In this document: positions 48,051-59,617 of the stretch, in pieces
Layout of the letters: the number at the start of each line of letters is the position of its first letter
How positions within the stretch are numbered: the first letter of the stretch is position 1
From: Macrostomum lignano
Taxonomy: Eukaryota
DNA: 64,000 nucleotides
Reading direction: 5' to 3'
Assembly: GCA_002269645.1 (NCBI GenBank)
Contig: NIVC01003352.1
Location: 1 to 64,000, forward strand
Notes under the pieces: generated by a model
What the model saw: only the letters and a program-made list of their open reading frames with translations
Told to the model about the DNA's origin: nothing
Database searches by the model: none
Program-made: the position numbers and the translations under genes

Positions 48051-48650
48051 TTAATTATTCTTCGACGCCGTTGCCTGCTGATGCCGAGCCGCATCTGGCT
48101 GTTGGTGCCCAGCCGGAGGTCCTACTGTTCGGCGGCGCTTCACCTCGGCGGCTTCTCTCTCTGAAGCGTGCTTCAGTAGGTCTCGAATCGCACCCTCTAC
48201 CTCAGCCTCGGAGGGCCTCTGTCTCTCATCAGGGTAGAGATCCTCAACTGCGTGTGCAGGTTGTGATGGGGTGAATGGATTTGGTTTGTTAATTTGACAA
48301 CAGACCTCCAAGGAAAACAGCGACAATATTCAAGAAAAGAGAACAAGAAGGGATCGAAGCCCACCTGGCCAATATTCGTGCACAAGCCCTAAATGAATGT
48401 GGCTGCCGGAATCGAACCCGGGACCGTGGTTTGCGAGTCGGACGCGTTTACCGCCGAGCTGCTCTGCCCAAAGCAACAGACATCATCTGGATAGTTGTGT
48501 TTCGGTCTGTGTATTGCATATTTTTTAGAGTTTGAATTGCTGTGTTGAGCAAATTTGAAGCAAACTGCAATTAATCGTTTGAAGCGCTGTGCTGCATTGA
48601 AGTCCTTTGACTTTGCAGCCCTCTTTAGCTGCAGGCCGCTGACGCTATTA
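48051..48650 (-). CDS. Possible DUF4806/BEN-like protein, 3' exons (~48650-48560 and ~48255-48051)
   Basis: KRAAKSKDFNAAQRFKRLIA(V) plus EDLYPDERQRPSEAEVEGAIRDLLKHASERE resembles the C-terminal 'E.E..I..WLK.A.DR' pattern of that family; polypyrimidine acceptor near 48650; exact junction unresolved. Confidence 0.4.
48395..48472 (-). mobile_element. tRNA-like SINE head
   Basis: agcagctcggcggtaaacgcgtccgactcgcaaaccacggtcccgggttcgattccggcagcc: B box present, cloverleaf imperfect. Confidence 0.65.
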
Positions 48651-48844
48651 CTAAACGAGTGATAAAAGGAGGAGAAAGGGGAAGAAATCCCATCGCCAGA
48701 ATTCCATTCCCTGTAATCCATCAGCGGAAATCCCATGTCTTGAATCTCATCTTCCAAATCGTCTCCAAATCCTCTACAAAACCTTTCAAACACCATATCT
48801 TGCTTTCCCTGTTTGCAGAAACTGACTGCCATTGTCCAGACTCC

Positions 48845-49315
48845 AGACCCAGCCTCTCCTGTCTGCTCTCTCATCGCTAGTCTCTCATCTCTCATCTCTC
48901 CTCTTTGCGCTCTCATCTTTATCCTATTCTTTCTCCACACTACTTTCTCCTCTCTCTACTCTCTTACCTCTCTCATCTCTCTGATCTTTCATCTCTCGTC
49001 TCTCTCCCCTCTCTCTCTTCTATTTCTTCTCTCTTCTCTTTCGTCTATATTCTCTCCTCTCTCCTCTTTCTCCTCTATTTCCTCGATCTGTACTCTTTTA
49101 TCCCTCCTCTCTCCCATCTCCTCACCTCTCTCCTGCTCTCTCGTTTCTTCCCTCTACTCTACTCTATTCTCTTTCTTCTTCTCTTCTCTCTCCCTCTTCA
49201 TTCCCGCCTCACTCCTCTCTTCTCTTCCACCTGTCATCTCTAATCTCCCCTCTCTCATGTCTACTCTCTTTTCTATCATCTCTCCTCTCTTCTCTTTTTA
49301 CTCTTCTCTTCTCTT
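48845..49315. repeat. CT-rich low-complexity tract
   Basis: ctctcatctct-type degenerate repeats. Confidence 0.85.
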
Positions 49316-49963
49316 GCGCCACGCACGAAGTTTAGTTTAGTTTAGAGGCCTTTAGTTTAGAGAAGTATAATTTAGAGGCCTAAATTATCGATCGTGAACC
49401 TATTATACTGTACGAACCGTTCTAAATACGCACACAACAAGCACAAAGTAAAACGGCCCAATTGGGGGCCACACCAAACGCAAATTACACAGAGAAGAAT
49501 GGAAATGATACGATTAATTGTCAGTTTATGTGGATAAATCATGATAGCTTGAATGTGCGTACGCAACCCCCCCCCAAACTTTATCTCTGACATATCACAA
49601 AAATGACTACAATCTTTGCAGACATCAAATTTTCTTCATGAAACTGATTTTCAATTTTTCATTAAAATCTTCTCCGTTAAACGACTATCTAATTATATCA
49701 ATATTATTATCTTATCTTATCTTATTGAAGTGGCAGCTTTTGTTTTCCATCTCCATATTACACGTCCATTTTATTCCTTCTTCACCAATGCGGTACACTC
49801 GCATGAATGTCTATGGTCGAACTTGTACTTTTCAAAATCTACAGTGCTCTGTTCAACCCCTGCAAGGCTGCAAAACAAACAGCATGTTTTACTTAAGTCA
49901 GAGAAGAAAAGCTTAGCTTAAAAGAACGTTCAGCCTTGTCCTACCAGATAAGATCGAACATCC

Positions 49964-52900
49964 ATGACGATGGCTTCCACTTCGTCAACTGCAAACTCGG
50001 TGCAGACAAGCGGAGACCTTCAAGGCAAGGAAGCCGAACCGATCAAACGCTCAGCCGCCGCCTCGGTGTCAACTTCCGTTCCCCCCAGCGCTGGGCCTCG
50101 GGAAACCCTGCTGTACGCCTCCGTGTTCGCTGCCGCATTCGGCTACGCGGCTGGCGACTTCTATCTAAACATTGGCAGGTCGCCAAAGAAAGGTTCGATA
50201 TGATAAATTCACTCTGGTGGCAATCAGGTGTATAGGTACATGTTGGCCAGGTATAAATATCGTTCGAGAATCTTGTCGTGTGACTTCCGTCCAAGAGAAA
50301 GTCTGTGCTGCTGTACACCCTGTATGAGCGTGTGCCTGCGCACGTATCCGTGTGAGTGCTCAGGGATCAGCGAAGTGGGCCGGACTGCTTGCCAATAGTA
50401 GTGTACTTCTATTACTTCTATTAGTAACAGTGTACTTCGTTATTCCTTATCAGAACTCTATCAATCATATGTCGCTCGTAAAACCTTTCTATCTAGCTCG
50501 TACGCTATCATTATAGAACAGTATAATTCTTTAATTGTTTCGCATTCGCTTGCAGAGTTGCACCCTATGACGCTAACGAATGGCTGGCTATCCAAGTGGA
50601 TGGTAAGAAGGATCCGAGAGAATGGATTAATTTCTTAACTTGATCTTTAGTGTTGTAGTCTCTGCATGGTAACTATCTCTGAAAAAACTACAAGTTCAAT
50701 GTGTTTAAAGGAGTTGCTTAGATGTAGTCTTTGTCTCGCGTAGATACACCGCAGGCAATAAAATGTTATCAGCTCGTTCAGCCTCGCCGGTGGTCCAATC
50801 TTAATCCACAGGAGCGCTCCTTTTCGTTGGAATCGGATCTGAAAGACGGCTACAAATTCTTAATCTTTGCTAGCGTCGGCTTCTTGTTGGTCAGTCAGGT
50901 CACGATTCGTTTGGCTCCGAGATGGGTGAGTCAATATTCAATGCTGGCGGAATCGATTTCTAATGACAAGATAGGAGAGACCGTAACAGAGTGATCAGTC
51001 AGGATAGGAGTGACAATGGCAGAGTGATCAGTCAGGATAGGAGTGACAGTGGCAGATTGATCAGTCAGGGTAGGAGTGACAGTGACAGAGTGAACAGTCA
51101 GGAAGGAGTGACAGTGACAGAGTGATCAGTTAGGATAGGAGTGACAGTGACAGAGTGCTCAACCGAAATGCCATATCCTGCAAGAGCAGCTGAGAAACTG
51201 TCAAGTTCCCCATTCCTCATCAGGTGCACTACCTGGCTACTACAAGCTTCACCTTGGCTGTGACAGCGGCTATCCTTGGTTACAGAACAGCGATGTACTT
51301 TCTGGTGTTGCACTGCGGTGCTGTCTGCATGGGATATTTCTCCCAGTTCGGTGTCTGGCTGTTTATTCTGTCGGCAATGATGCTGCAAAACTCGGATTAC
51401 AGCAGCGCGCTCTTTCAAGTCCTGGATCTCGAAGGTGATTACTCTCACCTGTTCTACCCAATCTCTGGCTACCTGTACTGCCGCTGCATCTCCGCTGGAC
51501 TCAGCCTCAACCAAATGCTGCGGGACCAGAGACGCCAACCTGCAGATGAGGCACAGCAGCTGAGCCTGCTCCAGTTCCTTAGACTGCACCTTCCCCGAGC
51601 TTTGGCTTACGGATTTTACCTGCCCTGGCACATTTCCGGCCCGATCCTCACCTTTGCTGACTTCTGTCGGGAGGCTGAGAGACCCGACAGGCTGGTGTGG
51701 AAGACGAAGCTGCTGCTACAGCTGGCGTGGCGAGCGACTCGCCTGTTGGTGTGGATGCTGCTGCTTCAGGTGCTGCATCATTTCCTACCTGTTGGAGCAT
51801 TTCTGGAGAGCATTCGGTCTTACGAGTCCGTGCCCTACAAGCGGCTCGTGTTTTCAATGTACCTGCATGGCCAGAACTTCATGCTGGTCTACGTGCAGCT
51901 GTACGGCTGGCCGGGTCTCGTGTCCAGCATTGACGGAGTCGAGCTGCCGCACTGGCCCGACTGCATCAGCCGGGTCTATACTTACAGGCAGATGTGGCGC
52001 GTGTTCGACAGGGGGCTGGCCTCCTTCATGTACAGCCACATCTACATCCCCATGGGAGGCAGTCGGCACGGCATTGTGAGACAGGTAGCTGCTGTGGCTG
52101 CCAGCTTCGCCTTTGTCTCCATCTACCACGGCGACTCAACCAGCGTCCGCATCTGGGCTGCGCTGAACGCCCTGCAGCTGCTTCTGGAGACCCTGGCCTG
52201 CGCTTTCTATGAGAGGAAGTTGAAGACGTGGCTGGTGAGTCTGGGGATCAGATTGACTGACCCAGAGTGAGCTCCGAGTGACTGATCCAGAGTGAGCTCC
52301 GAGTGACTGATCTAGAGTGAGCTCCGAGTGACTGATCCAGAGTGAGCTCCGAGTGACTGATCCAGAGTGAGCTCCGAGTGACTGATCCAGAGTGAGCTCC
52401 GAGTGACTGATCTAGAGTGAGCTCCGAGTGACTGACCCCAGAGTGAGCTCTGAGTGACTGACCCAGAGTGAGCTTTGAGTGACTGACCCAGAGTGAGCTC
52501 CGAGTGACTGATCTAGAGTGAGCTCCGAGTGACTGACCCCAGAGTGAGCTCCGAGTGACTGACCCCAGAGTGAGCTCCGAGTGACTGACCCAGAGTGAGC
52601 TCCGAGTGACTGACCCCAGAGTGAGCTCCGAGTGACTGACCCCAGAGCGAGCTTTGAGTGACCGACCCAGAGTGAGCTGCGAGTGACTGACCCAGAGTGA
52701 GCTCCGAGTGACTGACCCAGAGTGAGCTCCGAGTGACTGACCCAGAGTGACTGATCTAGAGTGAGCTCTGAGTGACTGACCCAGAGTGAGCTCCGAGTGA
52801 CTGACCCAGAGTGAGCTCCGAGTGACTGATCTAGAGTGAGCTCTGAGTGACTGAACCAGAGTGAGCTCCGAGTGACTGACCCAGAGTGAGCTCCGAGTGA

Positions 52901-53962
52901 CTGACCCAGAGTGAGCTCCGAGTGACTGATCCAGAGTGAGCTCCGAGTGACTGACCCAGAGTGAGCTCCGAGTGACTGATCCAGAGTGAGCTCCGAGTGA
53001 CTGACCCAGAGTGAGCTCCGAGTGACTGACCCAGAGTGAGCTCCGAGTGACTGACCCAGAGTGAGCTCTGAGTGACTGATCTAGAGTGAGCTCCGAGTGA
53101 GTGACCCAGAGTGAGCTCCGAGTGACTGACCCAGAGTGAGCTCCGAGTGACTGACCCAGAGTGATCTCCGAGTGACTGACCCAGAGTGACTGATCTAGAG
53201 TGAGCTCCGAGTGAGTGACCCAGAGTGAGCTCCGAGTGACTGACCCGGAGTGACTGATCTAGAGTGAGCTCCGAGTGAGTGACCCAGAGTGAGCTCCGAG
53301 TGACTGACCCAGAGTGAGCTCCGAGTGACTGACCCAGAGTGATCTCCGAGTGACTGACCCAGAGTGACTGATCTAGAGTGAGCTCCGAGTGACTGACCCA
53401 GAGTGAGCTCCGAGTGACTGACCCCAGAGTGAGCTCCGAGTGACTGACCCCATAATGATGATACAGAATGAACTCGAAATGATTTGATTCTGGGCTAGTT
53501 CAGGACTGGACTTAAGTCCATTGTGAGAGCATGCTTAATTCTGTAATGATTAGGGAAACACTCGTACCTTTAAATATTTCAGAGCCTGATCCTGAGTCCA
53601 AAAAACCACCAGCGCTTGGTTGCGTACATTATTGGCTGCAATCTGATCCTCACGTCTTGTTTCATCTTTGTTTTTCTCATGAATACTCTGGACGCTTTGT
53701 GGCTCGTTGTTGAAATCTTCAAACCGCTTCTTTTTTATAGTAAGGCTACATTTCGTACATCCATGTACATGTATATTGCAATAAGCCTTTCTTTACAGAT
53801 GAAAATAGCCTACCTAATCGAAACTATAAACTTAATAAACACATTGCAGGACCCTGGTGGCATCTTTTTTTGACATTAACCCTATCCTACTGCAGCGTAC
53901 AAATCTCATTGTGGTATGAAAGTCGCGATCAGTCCAAAAATAAGGTCCAGAAAGACAATTGA
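49964..53962 (+). CDS. hhat: Hedgehog acyltransferase-like MBOAT (HHAT/rasp), copy 2, intact; exons 49964-50192, 50556-50602, 50812-50925, 51224-52234, 53583-53739, 53850-53962 (~556 aa)
   Basis: All six exons join in frame at GT-AG junctions homologous to copy 1; same MBOAT motifs including IYHGD. Confidence 0.9.
50300..50392 (+). mobile_element. SINE family B fragment
   Basis: gctgtacaccctgt(a/g)tgagcgtgtgcctgcgcacgtatccg..gctcaggga matches 47220-47470 and 54362-54706. Confidence 0.55.
50985..51150. repeat. ~33-bp minisatellite, ~5 copies, in HHAT-2 intron 3
   Basis: cagagtgatcagtcaggataggagtgacagtga variants. Confidence 0.85.
52256..53451. repeat. 25-26-bp minisatellite, ~47 copies, in HHAT-2 intron 4
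   Basis: Unit ccagagtgagctccgagtgactga(c/t); starts ~20 bp after the donor at 52235. Confidence 0.96.
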
Positions 53963-54361
53963 TTTGTGAAATGATAATCGATGAGTGGCTCTAGATGGTA
54001 AGCAAATGAGCCAGCCCATAACGCTATTGATAGTTTAATTTTTTATTCTTATGCGCAGTTACTAACTAGCTCATTTTCATCATTTTACGTTGCGAACACA
54101 ATGAAACTACAAGTACATGAATGTATATTTTACATACATGTATCGGTGTGAAAGTAAAAACTTTCCGTCTTCTTAGACATCGCTTGGATCTGCATGGTTA
54201 TCTGAACTGGTTACCATTAGTTTTGACTCATAAAGCTTTTCTTATTACTGTTCATACAGTGTTCCGTGGTCTTTCTGCCGAAGACAAATATATCTAAGAA
54301 AGGGCTTGCATACTTGATCTCTTCATTGTCGCTATTTGTTGATGATTTTTTTATTAGAGGC

Positions 54362-54706
54362 AGGGGGGTTGTGTGCACCCTGGCGCACTTTAAGCGACAT
54401 AGGCACACAAACGGCGAGAGGCATTACTGCCCATTCCGCCGACTCCCCTGAGCAGGCATACAAGCGCGCGGATACGTACGCAGGCACACACTCACACAGG
54501 AGTGCACAGCGCGGCCCTAACTTTATATTATCGTTAGGCATGTACACTTCACTGCGCCTTGGGGGGTTGGCTCTCAAGGCCGTTAATTGCACGAGCAGAG
54601 CCAAGCCGAGATTCCAATTCAGCCCCATAATGTGACTGCACTTGGAATCGAGCCTGGGTCGCTGGCACACCAGAGCAGCTGCGCTACCGCTGGGCTACGG
54701 CCCTCC
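54362..54706 (-). mobile_element. tRNA-derived SINE family B, apparently full length
   Basis: Minus-strand head ggccgtagcccagcggtagcgcagctgc...ccaggctcgattccaag (A and B boxes), followed by the family B body. Confidence 0.75.
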
Positions 54707-55089
54707 TTATTTGTTGATGATATTTGCAAACATACATTTAGTACGCGCAGTTTTAAACATGAAAGAAATATGAAATTAATAAAAGCATCAGCTTTGTATG
54801 TGGTTTTGTTTTAACCGTCTGTTCGTTTGTTTAACAATTTAACGTTCACATTAAAGTTGGAAATAAAAACTATTGCCTCGAAACAAATAGGTAGGCCTAG
54901 GGCCTATGGATAAAATCACAAATGCTAAGATGCTATGTTAAGACGAACTCGAGGCGTTGAGATTGAGACTGTCATTTACTGTCATTGAGAAGGCATTTAT
55001 ACATACTAACTATGCTATGCATTTATTTATTTCCTTTGCATATTAGAATGAGTGCAGCCCATTTCGGCGAAGGAATTTTCGGCGAAAGG

Positions 55090-58000
55090 GAATTTTAAGT
55101 TTCAATAGATGTATAGACCTAGCCTAGGCATGCATATTTAATCAGTGATTTCAAAAATGTACCTTTCTACTTCTTGACCTTGGCTTGAAAGACAAGAATA
55201 GAGTATCACTATCAGCAAGCCAGTCAGTGTGAGTGAGTGAGGCATAAGGCCTAGCTAAAGGCTTCCTGTACTAGATAGTTTACAAACCACAATCAAGCAT
55301 AGTTGTGTTGTAGGTAGATCCAGAAATTTTTGAATGGGGTATACTAGTGCATAGATTACTTGGCTTAATGTGTTTTGCTTTTGATTAATTTATTTATATA
55401 ACAATATTTTAAAAAATGAAACTTAATGGCAGGGTGCCACCCTAAATCTAGACTATATAGTTATTGTTTGAAATGTGTTTTTTATCATTTTTTAATTTAG
55501 CTTTGCATAGTGGCAATTGAAATATTTATAATTTTTTTAACCTTTAGTTTATAATAATTGTATATTGATAGGCCCCCTATAAATAAATTTTATGGTCAAA
55601 ATATAGAAAACATGAAAAAGTGAGTTATTTTTAAATGAAAATACAAGTTAGTTTTATTATGACTTACTTAAAAACTAGCCTAAGACAAATCTCTAAATTT
55701 TATATATCAAATTTTATATAAAAAAAGAATTAAAATATGCCTAAGGATTAGAAATTTTAACAAAAATGCACAAATTTTGTTTTCATTTTATATATAAAAG
55801 TATTGCATTCTTTTCAAATTGAACATTAAACTATTTTTTCAATGTAAAATTAATAACTTTGTTTTTAGCACTTTTTTCATTTTTACAATTCCTAATAGTT
55901 CCTAAACAATTAGAAGTTTAAAGTTTTTGCTTTTAGATTAGTGCAAAAATGTGGCAATCATATTGTCTAATATAGCATTAATGCTTGGGAGTGTCTATGG
56001 TCTAAAGCTCAAAGGGATGAGCTAGAGAGAGGAGAAATACATTTAGACTTATGTTCTTGCTACTAGGTTCTTACTAAGACCATTAACCATTAAGTTGATC
56101 GTCACCATGCTAGTAGGCTATCTTGCAGAACTATCACTTACTGTAAATCCAAACTTGCTACATAATACTATCAAGCTGACTAAGGAGAAAAACATGTCAA
56201 TGGTGGCAAAGTTGGCTAGGCTGACATGGGACACCCAGCAAATGGCTAGCAACCTACTGACTTCTTATGAATTAGCACATTATCCCATCAATGTTTTTGG
56301 CCATATAATATATTGGATTGCCCATTATTTGAGTTTTGATAAGAGTCTTGACACTTATTGTTTCATTGTTTCTGATAAATTATTTTATTGTTTCTTGCAC
56401 TTTTGTACCAATCTAAAATAAGAAACTTCAAAACTATGAATTGCTAGGAATCATTAAGAATTGCTAGAATTAGAAGAATTGCAAAAAAACAAAGTTCTTA
56501 ATTTACTGTTTTAATAGCTTAGGAGATATCCAAACATGCTAAAATCAGCTTTTTAAGTGGAAAAAATATAAAATACATTGAAAAAATAGTTTAGTGAAGG
56601 ATTCGAGAAGATTACCAAAACTTTATACAAATATAATTATTGTCAATGTTGGGAACTATTAATGAAAATCTTATCTTCCATTAATGGCGAAAGCATTTAA
56701 TGTAAAAACAAAAGAATCTTAACTTATTAACTCTTAATTTTGTTAAGTTAATTGAAAGTTAACTGATAATTGTTAATAAGTATTAATCTGTTAATTTGTA
56801 ATGTTTTAACTTATCAGACATATATTTTTGTTCTTTGTATCTTTGGTCATTGACACTGTCATTAATGTTAACAATGAATGTGTCATTAACTCACAAAATT
56901 ATTATTGCAAATTCATTAATCCCTTAGTGCAAAAAAATCTTAATGGCAGTCTATTAACATTAATAAAAAATCTTAATGCTTATTAACACTTAATAATGGA
57001 TTGATGCTTATTAATAGACAGGTGTCCAACAGTGTTTATTGTTTATTGTTTTGAACTTTTTTAATTGAAATGAAATATCAAAATCATTAGTCTAGTAGTA
57101 CTATTACAAAATTGATGATTTGAAGCTTTGTATAAGATAATAGGGGCCTATATTTGGCATATATTGGTATACATTAAAAATGTAATCATTTTTTCCAGGG
57201 TACTTACTGACTATTCCAAACTATGAAAATGTAAATATTTTTTATTTTTATGATTGATATACTTATAAAGCATGAATGTATATTAAGAAGTCCTAATAAG
57301 CCCATAGGTAAAAATACAAATAAAAGCTAATTTATATGTTTTTGTATATATTTGGATTATTGCATTTATATTTTTATTATTAAACTATAATCATAAAGAC
57401 TTTATTACTTTTTTTACTGAACATTCTTTATACATTGCTTTGAATGGTCTTTGTGTAAAGCTTACTAAATTTCAATTAAGCTAAAGACTAAAATTAAAGA
57501 ACAAATATATTGGTTTAACAAAATGAAAGCTACTTTAATTGGCTAAAGTAATTTGTTATAAAACATTAAATAAACTAGGTTATTTTATTATTTAGTGCAT
57601 TTGATTCTAACTTCTATTTTAGGCATTAAAAAGAAGCAGGTAAACATGTTAAAAATACTTAAATAAGAAATGTTCAAGTTATAACTATATAAAAACTTAT
57701 TAAGTAATTACTCAATAAGTAAAAAAGAAACTGAGTATAGTTAGGTTAAGCCTAACTTTTATATATTTGCATATTTGAATATATTCTTATTTTTTAGATT
57801 GGCTCAAATATCCATAAACCTATAAAAGTCTAAAAATAACTTTGATCCTTCTAGCACTCATTTCATAACATTGTAGGCTAGACCTTAACACTTAATACCC
57901 CATACTTTAGGGGAAGAGGCACAATATATTATATATGATAAAGGCAGGTGCTACAAGCAGAATGAATCTTAGCTTAGATCTTATATATTTCTAATTATAT

Positions 58001-58360
58001 TTAGTGATTTAGAACTAAGGCAACCAAACCATTTAGTTTTATAGACTGTGACTAAGGAAGTATATTACTCTAATACAAACTGGTTGATAAGACTCTTGGT
58101 AAGATGAAATCAGTAGGGGATAATAATAATAAATTCCTTATACTAATATGATAACTACAATTATTAGTTTTTTTGGCCTAATTATAAGTAATTAGATGAA
58201 AGACAATTAAAGAATTCTTTAATTGACTCATACAAAATAAACAAGTAAGTAGTTAATTTTTGACTTGTTAATTTTTTTCAGAGTTGCAATGGTTGAGTAG
58301 CTACTGGATGTCTTTCTAACAAAATCAATGCACAATGGATAAAAATATGCTGCTGATTGG
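55090..58360. other. AT-rich, CpG-depleted block, probably a decayed repeat or TE
   Basis: Only ~3 CpG found by eye (56100, 56604, 56688) in ~3.3 kb, while flanks and other AT-rich stretches have abundant CpG. Confidence 0.8.
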
Positions 58361-58559
58361 ACGGGTGAGTTGCTGTTGGCAAATTTTGCCATTCGAATCA
58401 TAGATTTAGTGCAGGTCATTGTTTATTGAATAAATTTTCTATTGTTTGTTTATCTCTATACCTTGGACCAGCTGGGAGTGGAAAAAAGGGAATAGAGTAA
58501 GAAAGGAGAGGCAAGGCGAGGCGAGAGATGGGATGAGAGAAGAGATAAGATAAGATAAG

Positions 58560-59160
58560 ACGAGAGAGAGGAGAGAGGAGAGGTAGAGAAGGAGGAGAAA
58601 AAAGGTAGAGAAGAGGGAGAGAAGAGTGGAGAGACGAGAGGTAGAGAAGAGTGGAGACAGGAGAGGTAGAGAAGAGTGGAGAGAGGAGAGGTAGAGAAGA
58701 GTGGAGAGAGGAGAGGTAGAGAAGAGGGGAGAGAGGAAAGGTAGAGAAGAGTGGAGAGAGGGGAGAGACGAGAGGTAGAGAAGAGTGGAGAGAGGAGAGG
58801 TAGAGAAGAGGGGAGAGAGGAGAGGTAGAGAAGAGTGGAGAGAGGAGAGGTAGAGAAGAGTGGAGAGAGGAGAGGTAGAGAAGAGTGGAGAGAGGGGAGA
58901 GGGAGAGGTAGAGAAGAGTGGAGAGAGGGGAGAGGGAGAGGTAGAGAAGAGTGGAGAGAGGAGAGGTAGAGAAGAGGGGAGAGAGGAGAGGTAGAGGAGA
59001 GGTAGAGAAGAGTGGAGAGAGGAGAGGTAGAGAAGAGTGGAGAGAGGAGAGGTAGAGAAGAGGGGAGAGAGGAGAGGTAGAGAAGAGGGGAGAGAGGAGA
59101 GGTAGAGAAGAGGGGAGAGAGGAGAGGTAGAGAAGAGTGGAGAGAGGAGAGAAGAGAGAA
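58560..59160. repeat. 23-bp purine-rich minisatellite
   Basis: Unit gagaggagaggtagagaagagtg. Confidence 0.93.
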
Positions 59161-59179
59161 AGAGCTGAAGACACAAGCC

Positions 59180-59265
59180 TTGAGCGGACCGGATTGCTAT
59201 TGTAAAGTTTCAGAGACCAAGGGCTAGATAGATAGGCTTTTCGGGCCGGAGTTTGCCGACCCCTG
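59180..59265 (-). mobile_element. Possible hAT-MITE terminus
   Basis: Minus strand caggggtcggcaaactccggcccg resembles common CAGGGGTC(G/T)(G/C)CAA(A/C)C hAT-MITE ends; partner end not found. Confidence 0.35.
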
Positions 59266-59617
59266 AACTATACGATTGCATTGACTTGTTTTGGTATTAT
59301 CTTTATTTTAGAGTCTGTCCTGATTTAATTAGTAAATTTAAGTTACCTTAAAGCTTTCAAAGTAAGTTATCAGTTTACGAAGTGAGTGTTTAACCACACT
59401 TTATAAATAACGTTTTGTGAATTGAACTCAGCGATTATTTGACTGATTTAACTTTAATTAGTCATGCTTAATGATATTATTTAAAATCTCTAAAAGAGCT
59501 GTGCTTAAATTTTCATTGCAATTTCATTTAACCGATCTAGTTAGTCTAATTTGTTTAACTTGAATTAATTATGCGAAACCAAATGATATAAAGCGCTTAT
59601 CTCCCACGCTTGTGCAG

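Noticed and set aside
56095-56421. 108-aa ORF in the CpG-depleted block
   Set aside because: No motif, AT-rich, non-ATG start; likely chance.
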